A DNA stretch of 64,000 bases, from NCBI GenBank assembly GCA_902595225.1, contig CACJPG010000001.1:149161-213160 (forward strand), given 5' to 3'. Source of the DNA: an uncultured Thiothrix sp. GTDB taxonomy: Bacteria; Pseudomonadota; Gammaproteobacteria; Poriferisulfidales; GCA-002705445. Position 1 is the first letter of the stretch; each line of letters opens with the position of its first letter. A program made the position numbers and the translations under genes. The notes below the pieces were generated by a model. That model made no database searches. It saw only the letters and a list, made by a program, of their open reading frames with translations, and was not told where the DNA came from. Positions 43,148-53,083 of the stretch are shown here, in pieces.

Positions 43148-44757
43148 TCTCCTTCGGAATTTTCAATAATTTTAACTGAATTATTTATACTTGTAGCATT
43201 ATATTTTTCTTTTATAGTCTTAACAAAATCATCATTATCTATTAAAGTTTCTGCAGCTTTAATTTTATCGTTATTTTTTTCTTCATTAATTTTATGTATT
43301 GTTGACAGATTTTGTTCTGAAGGGACTATTTTTATGTAAATAGTCTCCCCATAGAATATTGATAAAGCTTCCTCTAACTTTTTTTGAGACTTATCTGTAG
43401 CTACACTTAAAACATCACTGTTAATTAGAAAGGTAATTTTATTGCCTTTTGATTTTTCAAAAACAATATTTTTTGCTAAATTTCTTGTAATAGAATCAAT
43501 TTCAAGTCTTGATACAACTGTTTCCCAATTCTCACAAAAATTTATATTATTTTCTTTTACTTTAGTGATTTTTTTACTTCTGTTTTTATCTTCATAGTCG
43601 CTTATATTTGTATTATTTTTTTTTTCAATTGATTTTTTTGTATCAGAATTATTTTCTTTTTTTATATTTTTGAAATCAAATGGCGTAAAAAGTAAAATAC
43701 GAATAATGACCATTTCAAATCCACTTCTATAGTTAGGTGCAAATTCAATGTCCTTTAAATTTGAAACACAAATTTGATACAATGTTTGAATATTTTCTTC
43801 GTTATATTTCTTAGAAAAATTTTGGATACTTGTCTCGTAAGTACGGTCTTTAAGTATACTTGTAGCTTTATAAATTGCCGTTTGATGTAATATAGAAATA
43901 ATTTCTTCTAAAATAAATTTAAAATCTATGGATTCATAATATAATTTGTCAATGTAACTCATTAATGAGTTGATGTCTTCGTTCATAATCATTTCGCAAA
44001 GCTTGTTAATACTATCTGATGGCATTAGACAAAGTATTTTGCACACATTTTCGTATGTAATATTTCCTTCACTATGCGAAATACACTGTTCAGTTATACT
44101 TAATGCATCTCTCATGCTGCCATCTGCTAAGTTTGAAATATTTTCTATTGCTTTATTTTCAAATTTGATATTTTCTTCTAAGAGTATGTTTTGTAGATGG
44201 CTATCGATAATTGATGGTGAAATTTTTTTTAAACTAAAATGTAAACATCTTGAAAGTATGGTGCTAGGAATTTTTTGATAGTCTGTTGTTGCAAGTATAA
44301 ATTTCACATGCTCTGGTGGTTCTTCTAAAGTTTTCAAAAGAGCGTTAAAGCTGTGCGTAGACAGCATATGCACTTCATCAATGAGATATATTTTAAATCT
44401 GCCTTGAGTTGGCATGTACTGAACATTCTCTAAAAGCTCTCTTGTATCCTCAACTTTTGTTCTAGATGCTGCATCGATTTCATATAAATCCACGAATTGC
44501 CCAGAATCGATTGATAAACAAGCAGCACAAGTCCCACATGGTTTTGAGCTGATGCCATTAGTTTCACAATTTAAACATTTTGCTAAAATTCTTGCGAGTG
44601 TTGTCTTGCCAACGCCTCTAGAGCCTGTAAGGAGATAAGAATGATGAATACGATCGCTATCTAGGCTGTTTGAAAGAGCTGTAACTATGGGTTCCTGTCC
44701 AATTAGCTCAGAAAATAGTCTTGGTCTCCACTTTGTTGCCAATACAGTCGTGTTCAT
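43144..44757 (-). CDS. dnaX: DNA polymerase III subunits gamma/tau
   Basis: AAA+ clamp-loader motifs (GSRGVGKTT, zinc module CxxC...C, DEVHMLS). Confidence 0.9.
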   Translation of the reverse strand: MNTTVLATKWRPRLFSELIGQEPIVTALSNSLDSDRIHHSYLLTGSRGVGKTTLARILAKCLNCETNGISSKPCGTCAACLSIDSGQFVDLYEIDAASRTKVEDTRELLENVQYMPTQGRFKIYLIDEVHMLSTHSFNALLKTLEEPPEHVKFILATTDYQKIPSTILSRCLHFSLKKISPSIIDSHLQNILLEENIKFENKAIENISNLADGSMRDALSITEQCISHSEGNITYENVCKILCLMPSDSINKLCEMIMNEDINSLMSYIDKLYYESIDFKFILEEIISILHQTAIYKATSILKDRTYETSIQNFSKKYNEENIQTLYQICVSNLKDIEFAPNYRSGFEMVIIRILLFTPFDFKNIKKENNSDTKKSIEKKNNTNISDYEDKNRSKKITKVKENNINFCENWETVVSRLEIDSITRNLAKNIVFEKSKGNKITFLINSDVLSVATDKSQKKLEEALSIFYGETIYIKIVPSEQNLSTIHKINEEKNNDKIKAAETLIDNDDFVKTIKEKYNATSINNSVKIIENSEGD

Positions 44758-44796
44758 AACAATTTTATGCTATCACAATTACATTTAATAATTGTA

Positions 44797-45717
44797 CTAT
44801 TTAAATAAAAAAACAATAATTACTGGCACATATATTAATCCAAAAAATGTTGAAAAAAGAACTGAGGACGAGACCTTGTCTGGATGGACATCTAAGACTG
44901 TGGCAAAAATCACTGTATTCGCTGCTATTGGAACGATAGACAACAACATAAATGCTCTATAGGTCTCGATGTCATAAAAATTCAAGAAAAAATAATCAAG
45001 TAACACAAGACATAGCATTATTAAAGGCCACATTACAAATTTACCTATAAAAGATAATGCGATAAATTTATAATCAAATGAAAAATTATTTATTCTTGAG
45101 ATTCCAAATCCAATTAGCATCATCCCCAGAACAACATATGCGCCTTGCATGCTAATTACAAAGTTATCCATAATAGCTGGTAACTTAATTTGAAAAAATA
45201 AAAAGAAAACTGCAAAAATGAAAGCATATAAAGCTGGAAGCCTCTTGAGTCTATTTAAAGAATCAGAAACATTATATTTTCCACGGGCTGTTAGATAATA
45301 AACAACAGTATTTTCAAACAAAGTCACCCCAACTGTGCCTAAGATATATATGCCGAATATTTTTTGATCAAATAAAAGTAAAGCAATTGGTATTCCAAAG
45401 TAGCCTGTATTACCTTCTGAGGCAACAATAGCTAAAACATTTGCTCGGGCATCTTTATATATAATCTTTCCATATTCGTAAAATAAAAATGCTACAAGTG
45501 AACAAATACAAAAAGCAATAATAGGAAGTATAAATGTCCCAACAGTAAGTTTAGAATGTGTTATTGCTTCAAAAATTACAAAAGGGGCTATGATATAAAT
45601 TATTAGCTTTCCAATACCCCTCGCATCAATATTTAAATATTTTCCAGCTATAAATCCAATACCAACAAAAATATATAATGGCAAAATTTTAAATAATATT
45701 GAGAAGAAAATTTCCAT
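44797..45717 (-). CDS. AEC-family (auxin-efflux-carrier-like) transporter
   Basis: 306 aa, two 5-TM halves, typical AEC/MdcF topology. Confidence 0.75.
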   Translation of the reverse strand: MEIFFSILFKILPLYIFVGIGFIAGKYLNIDARGIGKLIIYIIAPFVIFEAITHSKLTVGTFILPIIAFCICSLVAFLFYEYGKIIYKDARANVLAIVASEGNTGYFGIPIALLLFDQKIFGIYILGTVGVTLFENTVVYYLTARGKYNVSDSLNRLKRLPALYAFIFAVFFLFFQIKLPAIMDNFVISMQGAYVVLGMMLIGFGISRINNFSFDYKFIALSFIGKFVMWPLIMLCLVLLDYFFLNFYDIETYRAFMLLSIVPIAANTVIFATVLDVHPDKVSSSVLFSTFFGLIYVPVIIVFLFK

Positions 45718-45724
45718 TTTGCTG

Positions 45725-46189
45725 CTAATTTTTCTTCTTTGGATCAGAATTTATAAAATTAAGAAAGATATCTGTAATAGCATAAGGACTTTTATAGTTT
45801 TTTGTAAATAAATCTTTTAAATCCTTTGCAAGAAGTTTTGAGTCATCTACAACATTGTCGTGAACGATTATTCCTTTGTTTGTTTCCATAAATGAAAAGC
45901 CAGCATAATGATTAAGGCCTTCAACTTTAAAAATATAATTCTTAACTCCAACATATAATATATATACTTTAAAATCTAAAATTCTACACTGTGATTCTAT
46001 TTGGTTTCCTTTTGTACGAATATTTTCAATTTTCAGTTTTTTAAGCTGTTTTTTAACTTCAATACTACTGTAGTCATGGGATGTGAGTATGCTAACTACT
46101 GAACTAATAAAAGGCACAAGAAAATCAACACCTTGCTTCGCTAAACTATTTCTGATTGATTTTTGAAGTTTAACCTTATCTTTGTCCAT
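45725..46189 (-). CDS. hypothetical protein
   Basis: 154 aa, no recognised motif. Abuts the tRNA-Ser remnant. Confidence 0.4.
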   Translation of the reverse strand: MDKDKVKLQKSIRNSLAKQGVDFLVPFISSVVSILTSHDYSSIEVKKQLKKLKIENIRTKGNQIESQCRILDFKVYILYVGVKNYIFKVEGLNHYAGFSFMETNKGIIVHDNVVDDSKLLAKDLKDLFTKNYKSPYAITDIFLNFINSDPKKKN

Positions 46190-46234
46190 AAAACATACTT
46201 AATTTTTATACTATTTAATATTAAACTAAATCAT

Positions 46235-46262
46235 GCGGAGAGGGAGGGATTCGAATCCATTC
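46235..46262 (-). repeat. remnant of tRNA-Ser(GGA) 3' end (T-arm plus acceptor 3' strand only), a direct repeat of 47302-47325
   Basis: GCGGAGAGGGAGGGATTCGAATCC matches the tRNA 3' half at 23 of 24 positions in the same orientation. No acceptor 5' strand, D arm or anticodon arm is present upstream. Confidence 0.6.
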
Positions 46263-46301
46263 CTATCGTCTAAAATGTAAGTATACCTTAGTTCTTTAAA
46301 A

Positions 46302-46323
46302 AGTGTGTGACTAGTGTGTGACA
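46302..46323. repeat. 11-bp tandem direct repeat AGTGTGTGAC(T/A) x2
   Basis: Read directly from sequence. GT-rich against an AT-rich background. Confidence 0.6.
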
Positions 46324-46333
46324 GGTTAGTACG

Positions 46334-47221
46334 TTATATTTTTTCCAGATACATATCTAGTTTTAAATCAATGTAGTTTATAGTTTCATTATAAGAATCT
46401 ATTACGGAATCATCTGATATCCAAATTTCCTCAAAATTTATGTAATCTTCATAGTATATTTTTCCTACTTTATTTAATAGCAGAAAATTCGAACTATATT
46501 CATTATGAAATTGTTTTAATAAAGGTGAATTTAGATAAATTTGATTTGTTCTTAGACTATTTTGCCACTCTTGAAAACGACCTTGACATGCCATCGCCAA
46601 AATATACAAGTATTGTGCCAAAACATCTAGGTGTGCATGATTTCTTTTATCTTTTTTAAAAATAGTTCCCATATAAGATACTATTTGATAAGCATGCATT
46701 ATTCTTGTGAAATATTTATTTGAATTTAAACTCTCTTTATAATATTTATGAAGAGTTTTGATAGAATTTTCAAAATTATTTGATAAAAAAGTATAATATG
46801 CGAGTTTTTTAATAGCATCAATTTTATTTCCTACCGGTTCTTCTAAACTCAGTAACAATACTTCTTCAACTAGTGCAATTGCTTTTTTTATATCTGTTTT
46901 TTTATATTGAGTTGCTTCTTTAAGCAATTTGCTAGTCTTAGTCTCAACTAGACTGTTATTATCTATATAATCTTTTTTATATTTTTTTGATACAACATTT
47001 GCTTCTGTTTGCAATTTCTCTATTTTCGCAATTTTCGCAGTATCTAAATCTTTATATTTTTCCTTAGCAAGTTCTTTTTTTAATTTTTCAAGATTATCTT
47101 GTAAACTTTCAAAATTATCCTCTAAACCTTTTGACTTACTTTTAGATTCATTTTTTTCAATCCAAGAGAGAATTAACCCAAATAAGACACCAAGTATTAT
47201 TACCCATATAAACCAACTCAT
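46334..47221 (-). CDS. hypothetical membrane-anchored coiled-coil protein
   Basis: 295 aa: N-terminal TM helix (WFIWVIILGVLFGLILSWI), K/E-rich coiled-coil segment, C-terminal helical domain. No family recognised. Sole gene between tRNA-Ser(GGA) and its 3'-end repeat. Confidence 0.5.
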   Translation of the reverse strand: MSWFIWVIILGVLFGLILSWIEKNESKSKSKGLEDNFESLQDNLEKLKKELAKEKYKDLDTAKIAKIEKLQTEANVVSKKYKKDYIDNNSLVETKTSKLLKEATQYKKTDIKKAIALVEEVLLLSLEEPVGNKIDAIKKLAYYTFLSNNFENSIKTLHKYYKESLNSNKYFTRIMHAYQIVSYMGTIFKKDKRNHAHLDVLAQYLYILAMACQGRFQEWQNSLRTNQIYLNSPLLKQFHNEYSSNFLLLNKVGKIYYEDYINFEEIWISDDSVIDSYNETINYIDLKLDMYLEKI

Positions 47222-47299
47222 ATATGTACCAATAGTTATATTGATTTATTGCTAAATTAAATATAACAAATAAGTCTTTAGTATCAAAATATTTTAAAA

Positions 47300-47389
47300 T
47301 GGCGGAGAGGGAGGGATTCGAACCCACGGTTGATTTTACTCAACACTACCTTTCCAAGGTAGCACAATAGACCACTCTGACACCTCTCC
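47300..47389 (-). tRNA. tRNA-Ser (anticodon GGA), CCA encoded
   Basis: Minus-strand read GGAGAGGTGTCAGAGTGG...CTACCTTGGAAAGGTAG...GGGTTCGAATCCCTCCCTCTCCGCCA, long variable arm, 90 nt. Confidence 0.85.
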
Positions 47390-47447
47390 TGAGGTAATAT
47401 AATATCATACATTTTATGAAAGAATTTTCTTGAAAGAAAAGTGAATT

Positions 47448-47783
47448 TTATTTTTCTGTATTATTTGAGCTTGGAGGAATTGGAAAATTTCCAGAGGGAA
47501 ATTGTTTAACATTGCCATCAGAACTTGTTATTTTTGCCACACCTTCTTTATCAACTTCATCTATTCTAATAATATTATGTGCTGGTATGTAAAATCTTTT
47601 TACATTTGCGAATTCTGTTTTAAGTTTCTCTTCGCTAGGATCTACTACAAGACTTGTGTTCTTTCCAAAAACTATGTCTTCAATTACAACAAAACCATAC
47701 ATATCTGACTGATATACCTCTTTTGAGTATATTTCATATACAGAATTATAATTAACGTAAGATATTCTAAAGGTTTTGCTCAT
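47448..47783 (-). CDS. hypothetical small protein
   Basis: 111 aa, no confident family. Confidence 0.45.
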   Translation of the reverse strand: MSKTFRISYVNYNSVYEIYSKEVYQSDMYGFVVIEDIVFGKNTSLVVDPSEEKLKTEFANVKRFYIPAHNIIRIDEVDKEGVAKITSSDGNVKQFPSGNFPIPPSSNNTEK

Positions 47784-47795
47784 CTCTTAACTATA

Positions 47796-49121
47796 TTACA
47801 TACAATCTATAATTGCATCGCCAAAACCGCTACATGTTACTAGTGTTGCTCCTGGCATCAATTCTTCGAGTTCTTCAACAATCTCTTGACTACTTTCATG
47901 TTTTTTAACAAGAGTTTGCATCCCTGCTCTGACTCTGGCTAAGTCGTATGTCACAGTTTTATTTGCAATCGCTCTTGCAACTCCGTTTATAATATTTTCA
48001 GCTGCAGATGTCCAGCCGATATATCTTAGCATCATTTCAGCAGATAGAATTATTGAGCCAGGGTTAACCCTATTTTTTCCTGCGTATTTTGGCGCAGATC
48101 CATGAGTAGCTTCAAAAACTGCAACGCTATCAGAAATATTCGCACCAGGAGCAATACCAATACCACCAACTTGGGCTGCTAATGCATCTGAAATATAATC
48201 TCCATTTAAATTTAATGTTGCAATAACATCGTAATCCTCTGGTTTTAAAAGAATCTGTTGTAAAAAGTTATCGGCGATGACATCTTTAATTATTATTTCG
48301 CTATTATCATTAGGATTTTTAATTGTACACCATGGTCCATTGTCTATTAATTCCCCACCAAATTCTTCTGTTGCAAGTTCATATCCCCAGTTTCTGAATG
48401 CACCTTCTGTGAATTTCATAATATTACCTTTATGTACTAAAGATACAGATTTACGATTATTATCAATTGCATACTGGATCGCCTTTCTTATAAGTCTTTT
48501 TGAACCTTGTTGCGATACTGGCTTAATACCAATCCCAGAGGTATCAGGGAATCTTATTCCGTTTACATTCATGTCTTTAATTAAAAAATCTAAAACTTTT
48601 TGAACACCCTCAGAGTTTGCTTCCCATTCAATTCCGGCATAAATATCCTCAGTATTTTCTCTAAAAATAACCATGTCTGTGGAACTGGAACTCCTCATAG
48701 GTGTTCTTGTTCCAGGGAAATAACGAATTGGCCTAACACATGCAAATAGATCCATCTCTTGTCTTATTGCAACATTTAACGACCTTAAACCTTCACCGAC
48801 TGGAGTGGTCAATGGGCCTTTTATTGCAACGACAAATTTTTTTATTGCATCGAATGTTTCTTGAGGTAAATAATTATGCTTTCCATACTTTTCTACAGCT
48901 TTATCTCCAGCAAAAATTTCCGTCCAATATATTTTTTTTTCATTACCATAAGCTTTTTTTACAGCACTATCGACAACATTCTGCATTACTGGTGTGATAT
49001 CTAATCCAATACCATCGCCCTGTATAAAAGGTATGATTGGGTTATTAGGAACAATTAATTTTCCATTATCATTAAAATGTATTGGCGAGCCATCTTTTGG
49101 AACTTGAACGTGTTCAAACAT
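47796..49121 (-). CDS. icd: NADP-dependent isocitrate dehydrogenase (homodimeric E. coli type)
   Basis: End-to-end similarity to E. coli Icd, including the C-terminal KCSEFGDAIIENM-like tail ([13 protein letters not shown]). Confidence 0.95.
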   Translation of the reverse strand: MFEHVQVPKDGSPIHFNDNGKLIVPNNPIIPFIQGDGIGLDITPVMQNVVDSAVKKAYGNEKKIYWTEIFAGDKAVEKYGKHNYLPQETFDAIKKFVVAIKGPLTTPVGEGLRSLNVAIRQEMDLFACVRPIRYFPGTRTPMRSSSSTDMVIFRENTEDIYAGIEWEANSEGVQKVLDFLIKDMNVNGIRFPDTSGIGIKPVSQQGSKRLIRKAIQYAIDNNRKSVSLVHKGNIMKFTEGAFRNWGYELATEEFGGELIDNGPWCTIKNPNDNSEIIIKDVIADNFLQQILLKPEDYDVIATLNLNGDYISDALAAQVGGIGIAPGANISDSVAVFEATHGSAPKYAGKNRVNPGSIILSAEMMLRYIGWTSAAENIINGVARAIANKTVTYDLARVRAGMQTLVKKHESSQEIVEELEELMPGATLVTCSGFGDAIIDCM

Positions 49122-49143
49122 AAATATATTCCTTTATTTGCGT

Positions 49144-50448
49144 TTAAAACTGCTCTTCTTCTGTTGAGCCAGTTAAAGCTGTTACTGAAGATTCACCACC
49201 TTGAATCACTGTAGTGACATCGTCAAAGTACCCTGCTCCAACTTCTTGTTGGTGGCTAACAAAAGAGTAGCCTTTGTCAGCTGCAGCAAATTCTGGTTCT
49301 TGAACCTTTTCAACATAATGTTTCATTCCATCACCAGCTGCATAAGAATGTGCTAAATCGAACATGTTGTACCACATATTATGAATTCCAGCTAAAGTAA
49401 TGAATTGATATTTATAACCCATAGCGCTTAATTCTTTTTGGAACTTCGCAATGGTTGCATCATCAAGATTTTTCTTCCAGTTAAAAGAAGGTGAACAGTT
49501 ATATGCTAAAAGTTGATCAGGATGTTGTGATCTAACTCCTTCAGCAAATTTTTTAGCAAACTCTAAATCCGGAGTACCTGTTTCGCACCAAATTAAATCT
49601 GCATAAGGAGCATATGCAAGCCCTCTTGATATCGCTTGATCAATTCCATTATTTGTTCTATAAAATCCTTCAGCAGTTCTTTCACCTGTAAGAAACGGTT
49701 TGTCATTTTCATCATAATCTGAAGTGATTAAATTTGCGGCTTCAGCATCAGTTCTGGCTAATAAGAGAGTTGGAACCCCCATAACATCAGAGGCTAATCT
49801 TGCAGCTATAAGTTTTTGAACTGCTTCTTGTGTTGGTACAAGAACCTTGCCGCCCATATGACCACATTTCTTTACAGCCGCAAGTTGATCTTCAAAATGA
49901 ACTCCTGCTGCACCATTTATAATCATATTTTTCATTAATTCAAAGGCATTAAGCACTCCACCAAACCCAGCTTCTGCATCAGCAACAATTGGTGCAAAGT
50001 AATCAACATAATCTTTATCTCCAGGATTTATATTTTTAGACCACTGAATTTCATCTGCTCTTTTAAAATTATTATTAATTCTTCTAACAACTGTTGGTAC
50101 CGAATCATATGCGTACAATGATTGATCTGGATACATTGTTTCAGAAGTATTTGCATCTGCAGCTACCTGCCAACCTGATAAATAGATGGCCTCAATGCCT
50201 GCCTTAACTTGCTGCATAGCTTGCCCACCTGTTAAAGCACCAAGACAGTTAACATACCCCTTCTTTGCGCTACCGTTCACTAAAGACCATAGCTTTTCGG
50301 CACCTCTTTTTGCAATGCTGCATTCTGGGACAAAAGAACCGCGAAGTCTTACTACGTCTTCAGCTTTGTAGCCCCTTTTTACATTTGCCCATCTATCACT
50401 AGAATTCCATTCGTTTTCTAACTGTTTTATTTGTTCTTTTCTATCCAT
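49144..50448 (-). CDS. aceA: isocitrate lyase
   Basis: K-K-C-G-H active-site signature ([12 protein letters not shown]), 434 aa. Confidence 0.95.
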   Translation of the reverse strand: MDRKEQIKQLENEWNSSDRWANVKRGYKAEDVVRLRGSFVPECSIAKRGAEKLWSLVNGSAKKGYVNCLGALTGGQAMQQVKAGIEAIYLSGWQVAADANTSETMYPDQSLYAYDSVPTVVRRINNNFKRADEIQWSKNINPGDKDYVDYFAPIVADAEAGFGGVLNAFELMKNMIINGAAGVHFEDQLAAVKKCGHMGGKVLVPTQEAVQKLIAARLASDVMGVPTLLLARTDAEAANLITSDYDENDKPFLTGERTAEGFYRTNNGIDQAISRGLAYAPYADLIWCETGTPDLEFAKKFAEGVRSQHPDQLLAYNCSPSFNWKKNLDDATIAKFQKELSAMGYKYQFITLAGIHNMWYNMFDLAHSYAAGDGMKHYVEKVQEPEFAAADKGYSFVSHQQEVGAGYFDDVTTVIQGGESSVTALTGSTEEEQF

Positions 50449-50663
50449 CTTGGTCTCCTGATGTATTTAGAAATAATTAAAATTATTCTTTAATATTTTT
50501 TGATTCGGAAAAAACTGATATTTCTAACGTGCGTAATATTAACAATTTATTATGAATTAGTCCTTAAAAATTTTAATATCTTTGATAAATATTTAATATG
50601 CTGTTAAACTGCTGTTTTAAATAAAGTTTTATCTTAGACAAATCATATAAATCCATAATTTTA

Positions 50664-51161
50664 ATGACAAAAATAAAAAAATTTAAAACCGCGGATCTTT
50701 GTGATGATTATAGTGACAATCTTGTCATTTTAAGCCAGCAATTTAAAAGCTACGGAAAGAAAGAATCGTTTTGCGGTCAAATAAGCACGGTAAAATGCTT
50801 CAATGATAACTCTAAAGTAAGAGAGGCAGTTACCTCTGCCGGAGATGGCAAAGTGCTTGTTGTAGATGGAAACGCATCAACCGACTGCGCGTTACTCGGA
50901 GATATGCTTGCAGAGGCTGCAGTTAAAAATAATTGGGCTGGAATAATTGTTAATGGTTGCATTAGAGATTCTGATGTAATTGCAGAAATTGATCTTGGTG
51001 TTTTTGCTTTATCTACAATTCCACTAAAAAGCGTTAAAAAAGATATTGGTGAAAGAGATGTTGAGATCGAGTTTATGAGTGTGAAGTTTAAGCCAGGTAA
51101 TTACATATATGCTGACTTAGATGGAGTAATAATCAGCGAAACTGAATTAGAAATTAACTAA
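50664..51161 (+). CDS. RraA/MenG-family protein (RNase E regulator-like / HMG-CHA aldolase-oxaloacetate decarboxylase family)
   Basis: 165 aa, swivelling beta/beta/alpha fold signature GDMLAEAAVKNNWAGIIVNGCIRD. Confidence 0.75.
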   Translation: MTKIKKFKTADLCDDYSDNLVILSQQFKSYGKKESFCGQISTVKCFNDNSKVREAVTSAGDGKVLVVDGNASTDCALLGDMLAEAAVKNNWAGIIVNGCIRDSDVIAEIDLGVFALSTIPLKSVKKDIGERDVEIEFMSVKFKPGNYIYADLDGVIISETELEIN

Positions 51162-51954
51162 ATGATGGTTTTCTTCTGTGATAATATTTAATATCTCTAA
51201 AGCTAGTCTTTCCTTCTGCACCTACACCTAAATACATCTCTTTTACATCAGGTCTTTCTAGCAGCTCAGAAGCTTTACCCTTTAGAATTACTCTTCCATT
51301 TTCGATAATATAACCATCATCAGCATATTTTAGAGCAACCATAGCATTTTGTTCGGCAATTAAAAAACTTACTCCTTCTTTATTTAGATTTTTTACAATC
51401 GCAAAAATTTCCTCAACAAGTTGTGGTGCTAAACCCATAGATGGTTCATCTAAAAGAATTAATTTTGGTCTAGACATTAAAGCTCTACCCATTGCAATCA
51501 TTTGTTGTTCTCCACCAGATGTAAAACCTGCCAAGCTTTTCTTTCTTATTCTAATTCGCTCGAAGTGATCATAAACTCTTTCTAAGTCTTGTTTTGCTTC
51601 TTTTGGGTTCTCTCGAATAAATGAACCAGTCATAATATTTTCTTCAACAGTTAAATGAGAAAAACAGTGTCTTCCTTCAAGAACTTGAACCACTCCATCT
51701 TTTACAAGATTATATGCATCCGTTTTAGAAATATCATTATCATTATACTCAATGGAGCCTTTTGTTATAGCTCCTCGTTCTGCATGAAGAAGGTTTGAGC
51801 ATGCTTTAAGTGTTGTAGTTTTTCCAGAACCATTAGCGCCTAATAAAGAAACAACTTTCCCTTCTTCTACATCAAGAGTCACACCTCTTAAAGCCAAGAT
51901 TACATGGTTGTATACTACTTCAATATTATTTACTTTTAGTAATGATTTAGACAT
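51154..51954 (-). CDS. livF: branched-chain-amino-acid-type ABC transporter ATP-binding protein
   Basis: ABC ATPase, LivF-like. Confidence 0.85.
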   Translation of the reverse strand: MSKSLLKVNNIEVVYNHVILALRGVTLDVEEGKVVSLLGANGSGKTTTLKACSNLLHAERGAITKGSIEYNDNDISKTDAYNLVKDGVVQVLEGRHCFSHLTVEENIMTGSFIRENPKEAKQDLERVYDHFERIRIRKKSLAGFTSGGEQQMIAMGRALMSRPKLILLDEPSMGLAPQLVEEIFAIVKNLNKEGVSFLIAEQNAMVALKYADDGYIIENGRVILKGKASELLERPDVKEMYLGVGAEGKTSFRDIKYYHRRKPSFS

Positions 51955-51982
51955 TTATTCTTACCCCTTTAATAATATTTTT

Positions 51983-53077
51983 TTAATGTGGATAAGGCCA
52001 CATTCTTAATTTTTGTTTTGTTGTTGCCCATAAAGCAGCAAATCCACCTGGCTCCCTAATTAATAGCGCAATAATAAAAACACCATAAACCATGTTCGAA
52101 ACATTTTCTACAACTGCAGTATTAAATGCGCCTTGAAATATAGTATCACCAACCCATGTGAACACTATTGGAAATTCATAAACAAATATGGCTCCGAGCC
52201 AAGACCCAGATATTGAGCCTAGTCCACCAATTATAAGCATGAAAAGAATTGTAAACGAACGATCAATTTCATAAATCATTAAGTCTACGTTTCCTATATA
52301 ACAGAAAGAATATAATCCTCCAGCAACACCACAATAAAAACAGCTAACAAAAAAAGCTAGTAATTTTGTTCTAGGAACACTTATACCCATGACGCTTGCT
52401 GCAATATCTCTATCTCTTACTGACATAAAGTTTCTTCCTGTATTACTTCTTAGAAGATTTTTCGCAAAATAAGTTAAAGCTAAACATACGGTTAATGCTA
52501 AAACATACCTGGCAGGATACCCTTGCATATCTATGCCTAATAAGTTGCCTAAACCCCAATAGTCATACATTTTTGGCGGAATTGCTACAACACCAGAAGT
52601 TTCATAATTCAAAAACCAAGCATATGAATTAAAAAACCACCATACAAAATATTGTGCAGCTAATGTTGAAACTAAAAGATAAAAACCTTTAATTCTTATC
52701 GCAGGTAAACCAAAAATAACACCTACGAGTCCGGCAAAAATTCCAGAGAATAATAGAGCTACTGGTAAGGACATAAAATCTTCAGGTATTCTTAACATTA
52801 AGTTATAGGTACTAAATGCACCAACACACATAAATCCAGCAGTTCCCAAAGAGAGCTGTCCTGTTAAACCAGTTAAAATATTTAAACCAACTGTTGCGAG
52901 ACCAACCGCAAGAATTGGTACAACATGGGCACTTAATGTGTATTCAGATGTTGTAGGGACGTATAGATATAAAAATAATAAACCTATAATGACAATTATT
53001 TTGTCAAATTTTAAGGGAAAGATTTCTCTATCTTTAAAGTAATTGGTTACAAAATTTCCTGTTTCTCTATAAATCAT
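51983..53077 (-). CDS. livM: branched-chain-amino-acid-type ABC transporter permease
   Basis: 364 aa polytopic LivM-like permease. Confidence 0.85.
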   Translation of the reverse strand: MIYRETGNFVTNYFKDREIFPLKFDKIIVIIGLLFLYLYVPTTSEYTLSAHVVPILAVGLATVGLNILTGLTGQLSLGTAGFMCVGAFSTYNLMLRIPEDFMSLPVALLFSGIFAGLVGVIFGLPAIRIKGFYLLVSTLAAQYFVWWFFNSYAWFLNYETSGVVAIPPKMYDYWGLGNLLGIDMQGYPARYVLALTVCLALTYFAKNLLRSNTGRNFMSVRDRDIAASVMGISVPRTKLLAFFVSCFYCGVAGGLYSFCYIGNVDLMIYEIDRSFTILFMLIIGGLGSISGSWLGAIFVYEFPIVFTWVGDTIFQGAFNTAVVENVSNMVYGVFIIALLIREPGGFAALWATTKQKLRMWPYPH

Positions 53078-53083
53078 TTTTAA

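Noticed and set aside
46231-46320. Possible second complete tRNA-Ser gene next to the 154-aa ORF
   Set aside because: Only the T-arm and acceptor 3' strand are present. No GGAGAGG acceptor 5' strand, D arm or anticodon arm can be found within 100 nt, so it is a remnant or repeat and not a gene.
50449-50663. Glycine riboswitch upstream of aceA (SAR11 uses one upstream of malate synthase)
   Set aside because: The spacer lacks the conserved G/C-rich riboswitch cores (GGAGAG..CACCG). It is almost purely AT.
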